Shown here: positions 17,354 to 26,809 of the stretch, in pieces
Position numbering within the stretch: position 1 is the stretch's first letter
Layout: each line of letters begins with the position of its first letter
Origin: Nitrospinaceae bacterium
Lineage (GTDB): Bacteria; Nitrospinota; Nitrospinia; Nitrospinales; VA-1
Direction of reading: 5' to 3'
Assembly: GCA_046754465.1 (NCBI GenBank)
Contig: JBHHVU010000031.1
Location: 1-35,817, forward strand
Length of the DNA stretch: 35,817 bases
Program-made: the position numbers and the translations under genes
The notes under the pieces: model-generated
What the model was told of the DNA's origin: nothing
Databases searched by the model: none
Seen by the model: only the letters and a program-made list of their open reading frames with translations

Positions 17354-19540
17354 TTACTTCTGTTTTAAAATTTTATCGCGGAGTCGGCGGTGGGCCAGCT
17401 TTTTCTCAAACGCGTAACTTTTTTGAATATTCCGGTAGATCGGGTCATTGTAACGGTCGTGGCAGGGGATGCAATTGCCGACCCGCAGAATACGGGCTAT
17501 TTCCTCCTGGTTGAACGGCCGTGCGCCAGATTGACTGCTTCCGGCCAGCGGTTCGCCGCGGAGAGTGACCTTGGCATCGGGGGCAAAATCCGATTTGTGC
17601 CTGACGATGTCCGAACGGACTAATGGGTCCATGCGATCGTTTTTACCCGTGGGGTTTGGGTTCAGCCTCAGTTCCCCTTCTCCCAGACCCAGGGAGCGTG
17701 GGGAAAGATGACAACTGACGCAGGAGCGGACTTTTCTCCCAACGGAGTGGGGGTGGACCGCATAAACCAGGTTGGATCCGGAATAGCCCTCGGGATTGGT
17801 AAAACTCCAATCCAGGTACCGGCCCCGGGCGTCGCCGTTTTTCCGGACCACCGCCACGGGCTTGCCCTTGTGATCGAGCACGTTCAAGGCCGCGCCCGTT
17901 TGCGGGAGCATGGGCGCCACCCTGCCCCGCGGTCCCACCATCAACACGGGAAGGTTCACGTTCCCGGCAAAATATCCCGGCGCCCAGGAGCCCCCGGTAC
18001 CGGAGGGATGGTCCGAAGGCATTCGCGTGCCGTCGTAGGAGGCGTGGCACCCGTTGCACCTGGGAACCCACTGGGAATGGCAGGCGGTGCATTCCAGCTT
18101 CCTCTTGTGCGCGGGGATGACATGGGCGTTCCTCGCCGCATGGATTACCGGTGTGGCGTGTTTTTCCCCGCTCAATTTTCCCAGGGTCCAGATCAGGTCC
18201 TTTTCCATTTTGACATTTGTCATCTTTTGTTGCCGGGCGGTCAACGCCATCTTTTCATCAACGGAATTCACCCACCCCTTGTAATTCCGGCTCAGGCGGA
18301 TGACTCGATCCTCCGGGTCGGTGATCGGGGCCACGGCGGGTGGGGAATCACCGTCCCCGTGGCAGGTCTCACACCGAATTTCAACGGCCTGAGTTTGTTT
18401 GGAATAGAGGTTGCCGTCGCCCATGATATCAAACTGCGTATGGCAGTCAATACAAGCCAATCCCTTGGCGAAGTGCACGTCCGGTTGAATTTGTCCGGCC
18501 CCGGGAAAAGCGGGAAAAGGGAAGCCGTTCTTCCCGACGGTGGGACGGGTCAGGTTGAACGCCTTGTGGCATTTAAGGCAGGTGGAATCCGGCGGCAGGG
18601 GGGTCATCCGGTGGAAGGAGGGATGGCCCGGTTCCGTCCGGGACAGGGTGGGGTCCTTTCCCCGATACAGGCCCTCTTTGGAATAGGTGAAGTGGCAGGC
18701 GGCGCATCCCTGGGACCGGAACTCCCCAGGTGGGGCCGGGGAGTCCAGGTGACATTGAAAGCACTGTTGACGCAGCAGACTGTCGCCGATATGACGGGAA
18801 ACCCGGGCCGGTTGGAGTTTTCCCTGGCGGTTTTTGGATTCCTGGCGGAATTCCCGGGGCGAGAAAAAGGGAAGGGCGTCCAGGTGCCTAAGCCCCCCCC
18901 TGTCGCCGGGAACGTCTCCGTCCTCATCTTTTATGGAACGGACGCCATATTTGGCCGTACGGCGGCTCTGCCCGGACCAGGAGTACCTCAGGCCGGAGAT
19001 CATTCCCGCGAGCGTGGCCATGATCGATTTTTTCACCCGTTGGATATGGTTTCTATCGGATTGGGAATGCCCGGAATGGCAAAATCCCTGGCCGCAGGTT
19101 TTCTCCACGACGCGGAGACTGGAGGGATTGCGTTTTCCGGTTCCCGCCCGAGGGTCGTAAATCAGGCTGGCATGAGCGCTCTCCTTATCCACCGTTTGCC
19201 CGTCGCCGCCGTGACAAACCGTGCAGCCGAATTCCCGGGGGTGGGCCGGGCTCACCTCTTCGATTCCGTCGTGGCAGGTAACGCATTTTTCGCTCGCTTG
19301 CCCGCGAAAGGTGGAGACATGGACTTGCGGGTAATCCTTGAGAGTGGCCGTCACTTTCAATTCCTTGATATGAGGAACCGGGCGATTGCCGGGAACGGGT
19401 TCCTTCAGGGTGGCCTCGCCGGCGCCGGAAAGGGTGTTGAACTTTCCCGGCCCGGTCTCCTCATCGCCGCGGGCCTGGACCGCTAAAGCGCCGCATACGG
19501 CTAGAATCAAAACGGGTAGCCCATGACGGATTTTATGCAC
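17354..19540 (-). CDS. Multiheme cytochrome c, 12 heme motifs (11 CxxCH + 1 CX4CH)
   Basis: GTG start and signal peptide; CVTCH, CTVCH, CGQGFCH, CFQCH, CAACH, CLKCH, CIDCH, CETCH, CTACH, CNGCH, CVSCH, CIPCH. Confidence 0.92.
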   Translation of the reverse strand: MHKIRHGLPVLILAVCGALAVQARGDEETGPGKFNTLSGAGEATLKEPVPGNRPVPHIKELKVTATLKDYPQVHVSTFRGQASEKCVTCHDGIEEVSPAHPREFGCTVCHGGDGQTVDKESAHASLIYDPRAGTGKRNPSSLRVVEKTCGQGFCHSGHSQSDRNHIQRVKKSIMATLAGMISGLRYSWSGQSRRTAKYGVRSIKDEDGDVPGDRGGLRHLDALPFFSPREFRQESKNRQGKLQPARVSRHIGDSLLRQQCFQCHLDSPAPPGEFRSQGCAACHFTYSKEGLYRGKDPTLSRTEPGHPSFHRMTPLPPDSTCLKCHKAFNLTRPTVGKNGFPFPAFPGAGQIQPDVHFAKGLACIDCHTQFDIMGDGNLYSKQTQAVEIRCETCHGDGDSPPAVAPITDPEDRVIRLSRNYKGWVNSVDEKMALTARQQKMTNVKMEKDLIWTLGKLSGEKHATPVIHAARNAHVIPAHKRKLECTACHSQWVPRCNGCHASYDGTRMPSDHPSGTGGSWAPGYFAGNVNLPVLMVGPRGRVAPMLPQTGAALNVLDHKGKPVAVVRKNGDARGRYLDWSFTNPEGYSGSNLVYAVHPHSVGRKVRSCVSCHLSPRSLGLGEGELRLNPNPTGKNDRMDPLVRSDIVRHKSDFAPDAKVTLRGEPLAGSSQSGARPFNQEEIARILRVGNCIPCHDRYNDPIYRNIQKSYAFEKKLAHRRLRDKILKQK

Positions 19541-19595
19541 GATGGGAATGGGGGAGGGTAAAAGTGAGGAGATATTGATGTTTCACGGTCCTGGA

Positions 19596-19922
19596 CTATT
19601 TGAACACGACCTCCACCCGATTGAGGAAATCCAGCAACTCATCCGCGGTGGCCCGGATTTTTTCGGCGGACTTTTCCTTGGCGCCCTCCTCCATGGTCAG
19701 TCCGATAGCGCTGATCAAATCGAACCCGTAACCCGCGCCCGATCCTTTCATGGTGTGCCCCAGTCTTTGGATGGTTTCGAAATCATCCTGCTCCAAGGCG
19801 GCTCGAAGGGTCTTGAGATCCTTGTGCCGGTTGTCGAGATACCCTGGTATGAGTTCTTCCAGGTCCGGGTCAATTTCAACGATGATTTTTTCGTTTTCGT
19901 CTCCCTTGGCTGGATGAGTCAT
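19596..19922 (-). CDS. Stand-alone Hpt (histidine phosphotransfer) protein
   Basis: GHTMKGSGAGYGF motif in a ~108-aa helical protein; AAGGTGA upstream. Confidence 0.9.
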   Translation of the reverse strand: MTHPAKGDENEKIIVEIDPDLEELIPGYLDNRHKDLKTLRAALEQDDFETIQRLGHTMKGSGAGYGFDLISAIGLTMEEGAKEKSAEKIRATADELLDFLNRVEVVFK

Positions 19923-20248
19923 GATTCACCTTCAAAATTAAAGATCGTCCTGAAGTGGGCCGGGAAAATGAAATCCTGGAAAATAGAGGCCGGAAAACAA
20001 TCCAAAAGAGCCCGAAGGGATGTTCGAAAAAGAAATCGATCGAAACAAGATTGACGGCCCGATCTGTCTTATGTGGATCGATCTTGGAGCGGCCCGTGGC
20101 TGGGTCCGCGAGATGATTCCGGGTCCCGATACATGGTAAAACCCGGAAGCCGACATTTCAACCGGCATCTTGAAATTGTTACGCAACCCCGTAATTTTCC
20201 GGGTCTTGGAGCCCCAGATTTTTTCGGCCCCGCCCGGGGTCCGCGGAT

Positions 20249-21532
20249 TTATTCTTCCCGATGAAAGAAATGGAATCCCTTGCCCCGGTCCGGAGACCGG
20301 AGTTTGAACTGCACTTCAAAATCCAGGGCGAGGTCGAGCCAGTCTTCCAGGAGGCGGGTCATCAGGAAATTATTTTTAACGGACTCCCGGGCCGCTTGGC
20401 CCATCTGGGTGCGTAGATTCCCATCTTTCAACACCTGGACGATCCGCGCCGCGGCTTCGTCCACCGAATTGACGAGAAAGCCGTTATGCTCATTCTGGAT
20501 TTGCAGGGGGATGCCCCCCACATTGCCGCCGATCACCACGGCCCCTTTCCACATGGCCTCGGTGACCGTCAGGCCAAACCCTTCCCGGATGGATTTTTGC
20601 AAAACCACATGCGCCCGGCTTTGCAGGGCGTTGACCAGGGCGGTATCCTGTTTCGCGAGAATGATGATGCGTTCATTCTGTTCGTGCAGCAACGATTCGT
20701 AAACTTCCTGGCCTTCCGGATCATCCGTGGCCATATCGCCCAGAAGAACCAGGGTGCAGTCCACTTCCTCGCGGGCTTTTTTATAGGCCTGGATCACCCC
20801 CAGGGGATCTTTCCACAAATCGAACCGGGAAATCTGGGTCACGATCGGCAGGTCCGTGGGGATTTTGTAATGTTGGAGTCTTTCAAGAATCTGGGCCTCC
20901 GGCAAGGGCATGTTCTTGGTAATGAAAGGATCGATCGCGGGTTGGAAATAACGGGAAGGGATATTCAGTTTGACCGGCGGTTTTTGAGTGAAAATGGTAG
21001 CGTCATAGCGATTGATGGTGGTTTTCAGGTAATTCCAGATCGTGGGTTCCGGCTGGGTCAAATCCAGGTGGCAACGCCAGATCCAGGGACACGTTTTCCG
21101 GTAGTGCTGAATAAGAAACAACGGTTGTGGATCGTGGACCACGACATAATCGGCGTCCAGGTCCATGCGGATGGCGTTTTCATGAATCGTTTGTTCGTAG
21201 ATATCCTTCTTCAGCTCGGTCATGTGCAGGGGATGGCCCTGGAGCGCGTTGTGAAACTTTTTGGTCGCGGAAAAGAAATCGGCGCTTCCGAAAAGTAGCC
21301 GCCAGTCGGCCTTGATTCCGACACCGTTCATAATCAGAACCAGGGAGGTCAAAAGTTCCGCCACCCCCCCTCCGGAATAGGTGCTGTTGATGTGAATGAG
21401 CTTTTTGCCGTTGAGGATCCGGGCTTTTTCCAGGATCCGGTCCACGGTCTCGTTTCCCACCAGCTCCCGGTAATTATTGATATCGATCCGTTTCAGAGCG
21501 GGGAAATGGGTTTCGGGTTTTTTTTTGGGCAT
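20249..21532 (-). CDS. treT: Trehalose glycosyltransferring synthase-like GT4 enzyme
   Basis: HINST-GGGVAELL, TKKFHNALQG, HDPQP, WIWRCHLD, SRFDLWKD and EGFGLTVTEAMWK motifs. Confidence 0.85.
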   Translation of the reverse strand: MPKKKPETHFPALKRIDINNYRELVGNETVDRILEKARILNGKKLIHINSTYSGGGVAELLTSLVLIMNGVGIKADWRLLFGSADFFSATKKFHNALQGHPLHMTELKKDIYEQTIHENAIRMDLDADYVVVHDPQPLFLIQHYRKTCPWIWRCHLDLTQPEPTIWNYLKTTINRYDATIFTQKPPVKLNIPSRYFQPAIDPFITKNMPLPEAQILERLQHYKIPTDLPIVTQISRFDLWKDPLGVIQAYKKAREEVDCTLVLLGDMATDDPEGQEVYESLLHEQNERIIILAKQDTALVNALQSRAHVVLQKSIREGFGLTVTEAMWKGAVVIGGNVGGIPLQIQNEHNGFLVNSVDEAAARIVQVLKDGNLRTQMGQAARESVKNNFLMTRLLEDWLDLALDFEVQFKLRSPDRGKGFHFFHREE

Positions 21533-21742
21533 AAGATTGGACTCAGTGTTGAAGGGGGGACGAGACCCCCTTTGCCAGATTATCCCGCGTTGAGGGCGGT
21601 CCTCAACGGGAAAATGGTTGCGTATTATAATTCATAATTGCACCAGGAAAAGAGAATAATGACTGCATCCGCCAGGGTTCCCGGTACCATGGAGAAATTG
21701 GGCTGGCAAATTAAAAAGATCCATGGCGGGGGTCCGTTTTTC

Positions 21743-24700
21743 CTAGAGGGTGATCGAATGATCGGTCAGCAGGCTAAAGGGGAGGATTTGAAAGATATTA
21801 TTCAGAGGGAGTTTCGCCGGGCCGTCCTGGGAAGAAATGGAGAAGGAACAACGGGTGAGGAGGTCGCGAAAATCCTCCTTGCCAGAGAGGCCGGAAGGCA
21901 ACAGGATATGCGTATTGCCCCAAGCCCGGGGTCCCACTGGCCATTTTCCCTTGGGCGCCATTAGACCGGAAACGAGCCTGGGTGCTACGGTGATTACCGT
22001 GTTCCCTTCGTGCATGCGGGCGAACGCGACGGCGTGGTCGGCCCGGTCCCCCTCCACCTGCAAGGGCAGGTAATCCCCTTTCAGAAACAAATCGGGATGC
22101 TTTTTTCGAAGCCGCAATCCGCAAGCGGTGAGGAACATTTTGATGCGGCCGTCCTCCCATTGATCCAGCATCCCGGCGATGGTGGCATTGCGCCGTACGG
22201 GATCCAGGGGAGAAGGGTCGGCCAGCAAGGGGTCCATTTCCCGCAAAAGACGCATCTGGTGATCGAAATCCACCGGCCTGCGGTTGTCCGGGTCCACCAG
22301 GCTCAGGTCCCAAAGTTCCCGTCCCTGGTAGGTATCGGGGATTCCCGGTGAAGTCAGTTTGATCGACACCTGCGCCAGGGAATTGATCACCCCCAGCCGG
22401 GCGATGCGCTTCTGAAAGGGGAGGAAGGAATCCATGAATCGATTGGTTTTCGAAGGCGTCAGGATCCGTTGGATGAAATTTTCCACGGCGGCGTCGTAAT
22501 CGTCATTGGGATTGATCCAGCTCGAATGCACCTTGGCTTCCTTGATGGCTTTGTGCATGTAGGTCTGGAGGCGGTGCTTCATTTCCTCCAATTGATCGGG
22601 GTTCAAGGGTTGTGTGGGCCACACTCCCACCAGGGTCTGGTAAAAGAGGTATTCCTCGTTCCTGTCGGGGGCGTATTTCCCATCGACCAGAGTCCGTTTC
22701 GAGCGGTTGAGCAGGGACCAGCGCCGAATGGCTTTCCGCCATTCATCGGGGACCTCTGAAAGGGCGTTTAACCGGGCGCGCACATCCTCACCGCGCTTAT
22801 GGTCGTGGGTGGCCGTGCAGATCATGGTAAGCGGCCAGTTTCGCTGCCGTTTTTGGTTCCTGGCATGAAAAGCGGACGTAGACATGCCGAACCGCTGGGG
22901 CTGGCCCCCGACCTCGTTCAACGAGATCAACCGGTTGTACCGGTAAAAGGCGGTGTCTTCCAGCCCCTTGCCCTGAACGGGCCCGGTGAACTGCTGGAAT
23001 TTCATGATGAAATCCTGCCGCTTTTTCAGTTGGGTTTCCGAAAGCTCCTCCTTCGAGGGGGGAAAAATCGTGTCCTTGAGAAAATCGAAGATCGTTGGTT
23101 CCAACGCCGGGTTCCGGCGGCGCGCCCGGTAGATGGCGTTTTCCAGAGTTTCCCGGTCTTCCGGAAGGTATCCCCGCCCGTCGATATAAGTCCGGTAGAG
23201 GGGGAAACACGCCACCACCTCACCCAGCGCCTCCCTCAGGCTATTCAGGGTGAAATCCCGGCAATGACGGTCCTCCTCCGAAATCAGGTTCAGCGATCGA
23301 ACCAGAACATTCAGTTCACTGGTGAGGTCGGTTTGCATGATTACTTTTTTACTTTGATAAACGATTTCGGAAAAGGGGGCGGTGACGCCCGTATAACGGG
23401 TGTAAATTCGGCTGAACTCTCTTTCCTGCGAAGGGTCGATGAACAAGGCGTTCAAATCGTTTAAAAAGTCATGCCCGCAGGTTCCCGATACGCTCCATTT
23501 TTCGGGAAGCGACTCGGTTCCCGTGAGAATTTTTTCCACCACGATATAGAGGGGGCGGCTCACGGGTCCGGCAGGGTCTTGTTCCTTCTCTTCCCCGCGC
23601 CATTGGCGGATTGTTTTTTGAAGGGTAGCCGGGTCCACCCCGTTCCAGGGTCCGTCACGTACCACATATTCATAAAGAACCGCATTCTGGAGACGTTCCA
23701 AATAGGCCGCCGGGTCGAACAAGCCATCCGGATGGTCCAGCCGAAGGCCCTGGACTTTCCCTTCCCCGATCAAACGCAGAATCAGGGTATGGGTTTCGTC
23801 AAAGACCTTTGGCAACTCCATGCGTATCGCCGCCAGATGATTGATGTCGAAAAAACGCCGGTAATTGATCTCGTGGGCGGCGGTCCGCCAATAGGAAAGG
23901 CGATACACCTGCCCTTCCAGCAGCCGGTGCAGCCGATCAAAACTTTCCGGCCGGCCGGGGACGCCGTTGAAGATTTTCAGGTTTTCCCGGATATGACAGC
24001 GGATGCGGGAACATTCGTTCGTCAGGCGGATCAACCGTTTTCGGCTGACATCCATTTCACGGCCGCGTTCCTCGATTTTTCCGGAATCCGCCCCAGGGTC
24101 GAAGGGCAGGTTTTTGAGCGCCGTGAGGATGCTGTGGAATTCGGTCAGGTAAGGGTCCTCATCCCCCATTTCCTTTTGCAGCAGATCCAGGTTGTGGGCG
24201 AGGACTTCGGGGGCCGTGCGGGGATTGATCGGGATATCATAATCGAAGTATTTCAGGGAAAGATCCCCGTCCCGCATTTCCAGAACCAGTTCTCCCCGTT
24301 CCAGAACCACTCCATACTGATCTCCCAGAATGGGCAGAAGTATTTTCCCCTTCAGTTCGGCCTTGACCGGGTTCCAGTCGATATCGAAAAAATCGGAGTA
24401 AGGGGAACAGCGGCCGTTTTTGAGCACATCTTGCCACCAAAGGTTCTCGGAACTGGCGATTCCCATGTGATTGGGAACAAAGTCCAGGATGTGACCCATG
24501 GAGTACCGGGAAAGTTCCGCCGTGAAAGCTTCGTATGCCTCTTCTCCGCCGATCTCCGTGTTGATGCGGGTGTAGTCGCAAATATCGTATCCGTGCGGCG
24601 AGTCCTTGCCCGCCGCCAGATAAGGCGAGGTATAACAATGAGTGATTCCCAGGCTGGACAGGTAGGCGGTGATCGACCGCGCCTGTTGGAAGGTGAATCC

Positions 24701-24823
24701 CTTGTTGAGCTGCAAGCGATACGTGTTTAAAGGAATATTCTTCCCCGCAAGAAGACGTTTCTTGAGCAGGGTCAGCCGATCTGTTATCAGGGCCAGGTTT
24801 TGGTTTGCCCTAAGATTCATCAT
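21743..24823 (-). CDS. treY: Malto-oligosyltrehalose synthase (GH13)
   Basis: TYRLQ, HGYD, DFVPNHM, INYRRFFD, GLRLDHPDGL, VEKIL, TATHD-KRGED, SLVDPDNRRPVD. Start placed at ATG 24823 (AGGAGG 7 nt upstream). Confidence 0.95.
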   Translation of the reverse strand: MMNLRANQNLALITDRLTLLKKRLLAGKNIPLNTYRLQLNKGFTFQQARSITAYLSSLGITHCYTSPYLAAGKDSPHGYDICDYTRINTEIGGEEAYEAFTAELSRYSMGHILDFVPNHMGIASSENLWWQDVLKNGRCSPYSDFFDIDWNPVKAELKGKILLPILGDQYGVVLERGELVLEMRDGDLSLKYFDYDIPINPRTAPEVLAHNLDLLQKEMGDEDPYLTEFHSILTALKNLPFDPGADSGKIEERGREMDVSRKRLIRLTNECSRIRCHIRENLKIFNGVPGRPESFDRLHRLLEGQVYRLSYWRTAAHEINYRRFFDINHLAAIRMELPKVFDETHTLILRLIGEGKVQGLRLDHPDGLFDPAAYLERLQNAVLYEYVVRDGPWNGVDPATLQKTIRQWRGEEKEQDPAGPVSRPLYIVVEKILTGTESLPEKWSVSGTCGHDFLNDLNALFIDPSQEREFSRIYTRYTGVTAPFSEIVYQSKKVIMQTDLTSELNVLVRSLNLISEEDRHCRDFTLNSLREALGEVVACFPLYRTYIDGRGYLPEDRETLENAIYRARRRNPALEPTIFDFLKDTIFPPSKEELSETQLKKRQDFIMKFQQFTGPVQGKGLEDTAFYRYNRLISLNEVGGQPQRFGMSTSAFHARNQKRQRNWPLTMICTATHDHKRGEDVRARLNALSEVPDEWRKAIRRWSLLNRSKRTLVDGKYAPDRNEEYLFYQTLVGVWPTQPLNPDQLEEMKHRLQTYMHKAIKEAKVHSSWINPNDDYDAAVENFIQRILTPSKTNRFMDSFLPFQKRIARLGVINSLAQVSIKLTSPGIPDTYQGRELWDLSLVDPDNRRPVDFDHQMRLLREMDPLLADPSPLDPVRRNATIAGMLDQWEDGRIKMFLTACGLRLRKKHPDLFLKGDYLPLQVEGDRADHAVAFARMHEGNTVITVAPRLVSGLMAPKGKWPVGPRAWGNTHILLPSGLSGKEDFRDLLTRCSFSISSQDGPAKLPLNNIFQILPFSLLTDHSITL

Positions 24824-24868
24824 CCCTAATCCTCCTGCACCCAATTTTGCGGTTTCGGCATAGCCAAG

Positions 24869-26809
24869 TCAAGTTTTTGAGTGTGAGGGAGATGCCTGTG
24901 GGAGGGGTAAGGATCGCAGGATCACCGCGCAGGGACCCCGAAACTCCAGCACCATGGTTTCGCCGTTACCGGTGCAAATCGGGGGAGCGGGGGCCGTAGC
25001 AAACCTGTCCTCCTCGGTGTGCCATGAAACTTTCCAGTTTCCGCCGGGAAGTGGCCGTGTGGAGGGGACCGTTCCCAGGATGATGCGTGCCGGGCCTTTC
25101 AGGCAGGCCACCATCAATAATCGGCCGGAGGCGGGGTCTCCCCGGGACAAACCCAGGGTATTCCGGCCTGCCGCGGCGGCATCGAAGGTGGAATTTTTTC
25201 GCGCCTCAAGAGCCGGTTCCGTTCGCCGCATCTCAAGAAGCGTCCGGTAGAGGCGGAGTATTCCCGCATGGGGTTCGCGCATGGGCTCCTCCCAGTCCAG
25301 CCTGCTGTCGAGAAAAGTGGCCAGAGCTTGCGGATCGGGGATGAGGTTTCGGGCCTTCGGGCCGCTGAACTCCTTGAATCCCCGGAACTCGTTCCGGCGG
25401 CCCTCGGTCACCCGTTTTCCCAGTTCCCGCGGGTGGTCGGTGAAATAGCGGAAAGGCGACCCCGCGGCCCATTCCTGACCCATGAAAAGCAAAGGCGTGG
25501 CGGGTGAGAACAAAAGCAGGGCGCTCGCCGCCCGGTACGAAGCCAAGTCCACCTTGAAATGCAGCCGGTCGCCCAGCGCCCGGTTGCCTACCTGGTCGTG
25601 GTTTTGAATACAATGAACGAAACGTTGCAAGGGAATCCCCCGTGCCGGGGTACCCCACGGCTTTTTTCTGAAAGCGGAAACCTGCCCCGTATAAAACCAG
25701 CCCTGCCGGAGGGTGGCCGCGAGGTCTTCCGCATCTCCCCTGAAATCGAGAAAATACCCGTCGTTGTCCCCCGCGAGCAGGGTGCGGATCTGGTGATGGA
25801 AATCATCGGCCCATACCGCGTCGAGACCGTATCCACCCTTCTTGGCGGGCAGGATCAATGGCGCGTGATTACGGTCATCCTCCGCGATGATCAGGACTTT
25901 CCGGCCTTCCGGCAGGGAGGTCCTCACCCGGTCCGCCAGTTCCTTTAAAAAAGAGTTTGGACTGTCGTCGAACAGGGCATGCGTCGCATCCAGGCGCAAA
26001 CCGTCGATGTGGTATTCGTGGACCCAGTGGAGCGCGTTTTCGATGAAAAAGTCGCGTACGTGCCGGGAGTGTGCGCCGTCGAGGTTGACGGCGTCCCCCC
26101 AGGGACTTTTATGTTTCCCGGAAAAATAATAAGGAGAAAACGCGCCCAGGTAAGCCCCCTCCGGGCCCAGGTGATTGTAGACCACGTCGAGAAACACCCC
26201 GATTCCGAGGGCGTGCGCCCGGTCGATGAGTCCGCGCAGGGCATCGGGAACGCCATAACACCGGGTCGGGGCAAACAGGTCCACCCCGTCGTATCCCCAA
26301 TTGCGGTTGCCGGGGAACTCGGCCACCGGCATCAATTCCACCGCGGTGATGCCCAGCTCCTTCAACGTCTCCAGTCTCCGCCGGACCCCCGAAAAAGTTC
26401 CCTCCGGACTGAAAGTCCCCACATGCAGCTCGTAAAGGATGAGATCACAGAGATCGAGACCCCGCCAATGGGAATCGGTCCACCGGAACCGGGAGGGGTT
26501 GACCACCTGCGAGGGACCGTGCACTCCCCGGGGCTGAAACCGCGAAGCAGGGTCGGGCAGGCAACGGTCCCGGTCGATGCGGTAACGGTAAAGAGTTCCA
26601 GCGGCGATTTCGGAAAAATGGCCGGTGAAGAAGCCGTCCCGGGAGGGTTCCAGGGCCATGGGAGGCAAGGTGGGGGAGGGCGGTTCCACAATCAGTTCGA
26701 TAGACCGGGCCTTCGGCGCCCAAACCCGGAACCGGACCCCCTCGTTTTCCATCCAGGCGCCCAGACGAGGTTTCCAGTTTATCGAATTTCGGTTTTCGAA
26801 AGGAGGCAT
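24869..26809 (-). CDS. treZ: Malto-oligosyltrehalose trehalohydrolase (GH13)
   Basis: FRVWAP, PDPASRFQP-GVHG, WGYDGV, DVVYNH, GLRLDATHA, W-DDFHH, QNHDQVGNR, LFMGQEW. Confidence 0.95.
   Translation of the reverse strand: MPPFENRNSINWKPRLGAWMENEGVRFRVWAPKARSIELIVEPPSPTLPPMALEPSRDGFFTGHFSEIAAGTLYRYRIDRDRCLPDPASRFQPRGVHGPSQVVNPSRFRWTDSHWRGLDLCDLILYELHVGTFSPEGTFSGVRRRLETLKELGITAVELMPVAEFPGNRNWGYDGVDLFAPTRCYGVPDALRGLIDRAHALGIGVFLDVVYNHLGPEGAYLGAFSPYYFSGKHKSPWGDAVNLDGAHSRHVRDFFIENALHWVHEYHIDGLRLDATHALFDDSPNSFLKELADRVRTSLPEGRKVLIIAEDDRNHAPLILPAKKGGYGLDAVWADDFHHQIRTLLAGDNDGYFLDFRGDAEDLAATLRQGWFYTGQVSAFRKKPWGTPARGIPLQRFVHCIQNHDQVGNRALGDRLHFKVDLASYRAASALLLFSPATPLLFMGQEWAAGSPFRYFTDHPRELGKRVTEGRRNEFRGFKEFSGPKARNLIPDPQALATFLDSRLDWEEPMREPHAGILRLYRTLLEMRRTEPALEARKNSTFDAAAAGRNTLGLSRGDPASGRLLMVACLKGPARIILGTVPSTRPLPGGNWKVSWHTEEDRFATAPAPPICTGNGETMVLEFRGPCAVILRSLPLPQASPSHSKT

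Noticed and set aside
15380..19486. Long plus-strand ORFs (662 aa and 592 aa)
   Set aside because: Antisense shadows of the multiheme genes in GC-rich DNA, with no recognisable motifs.
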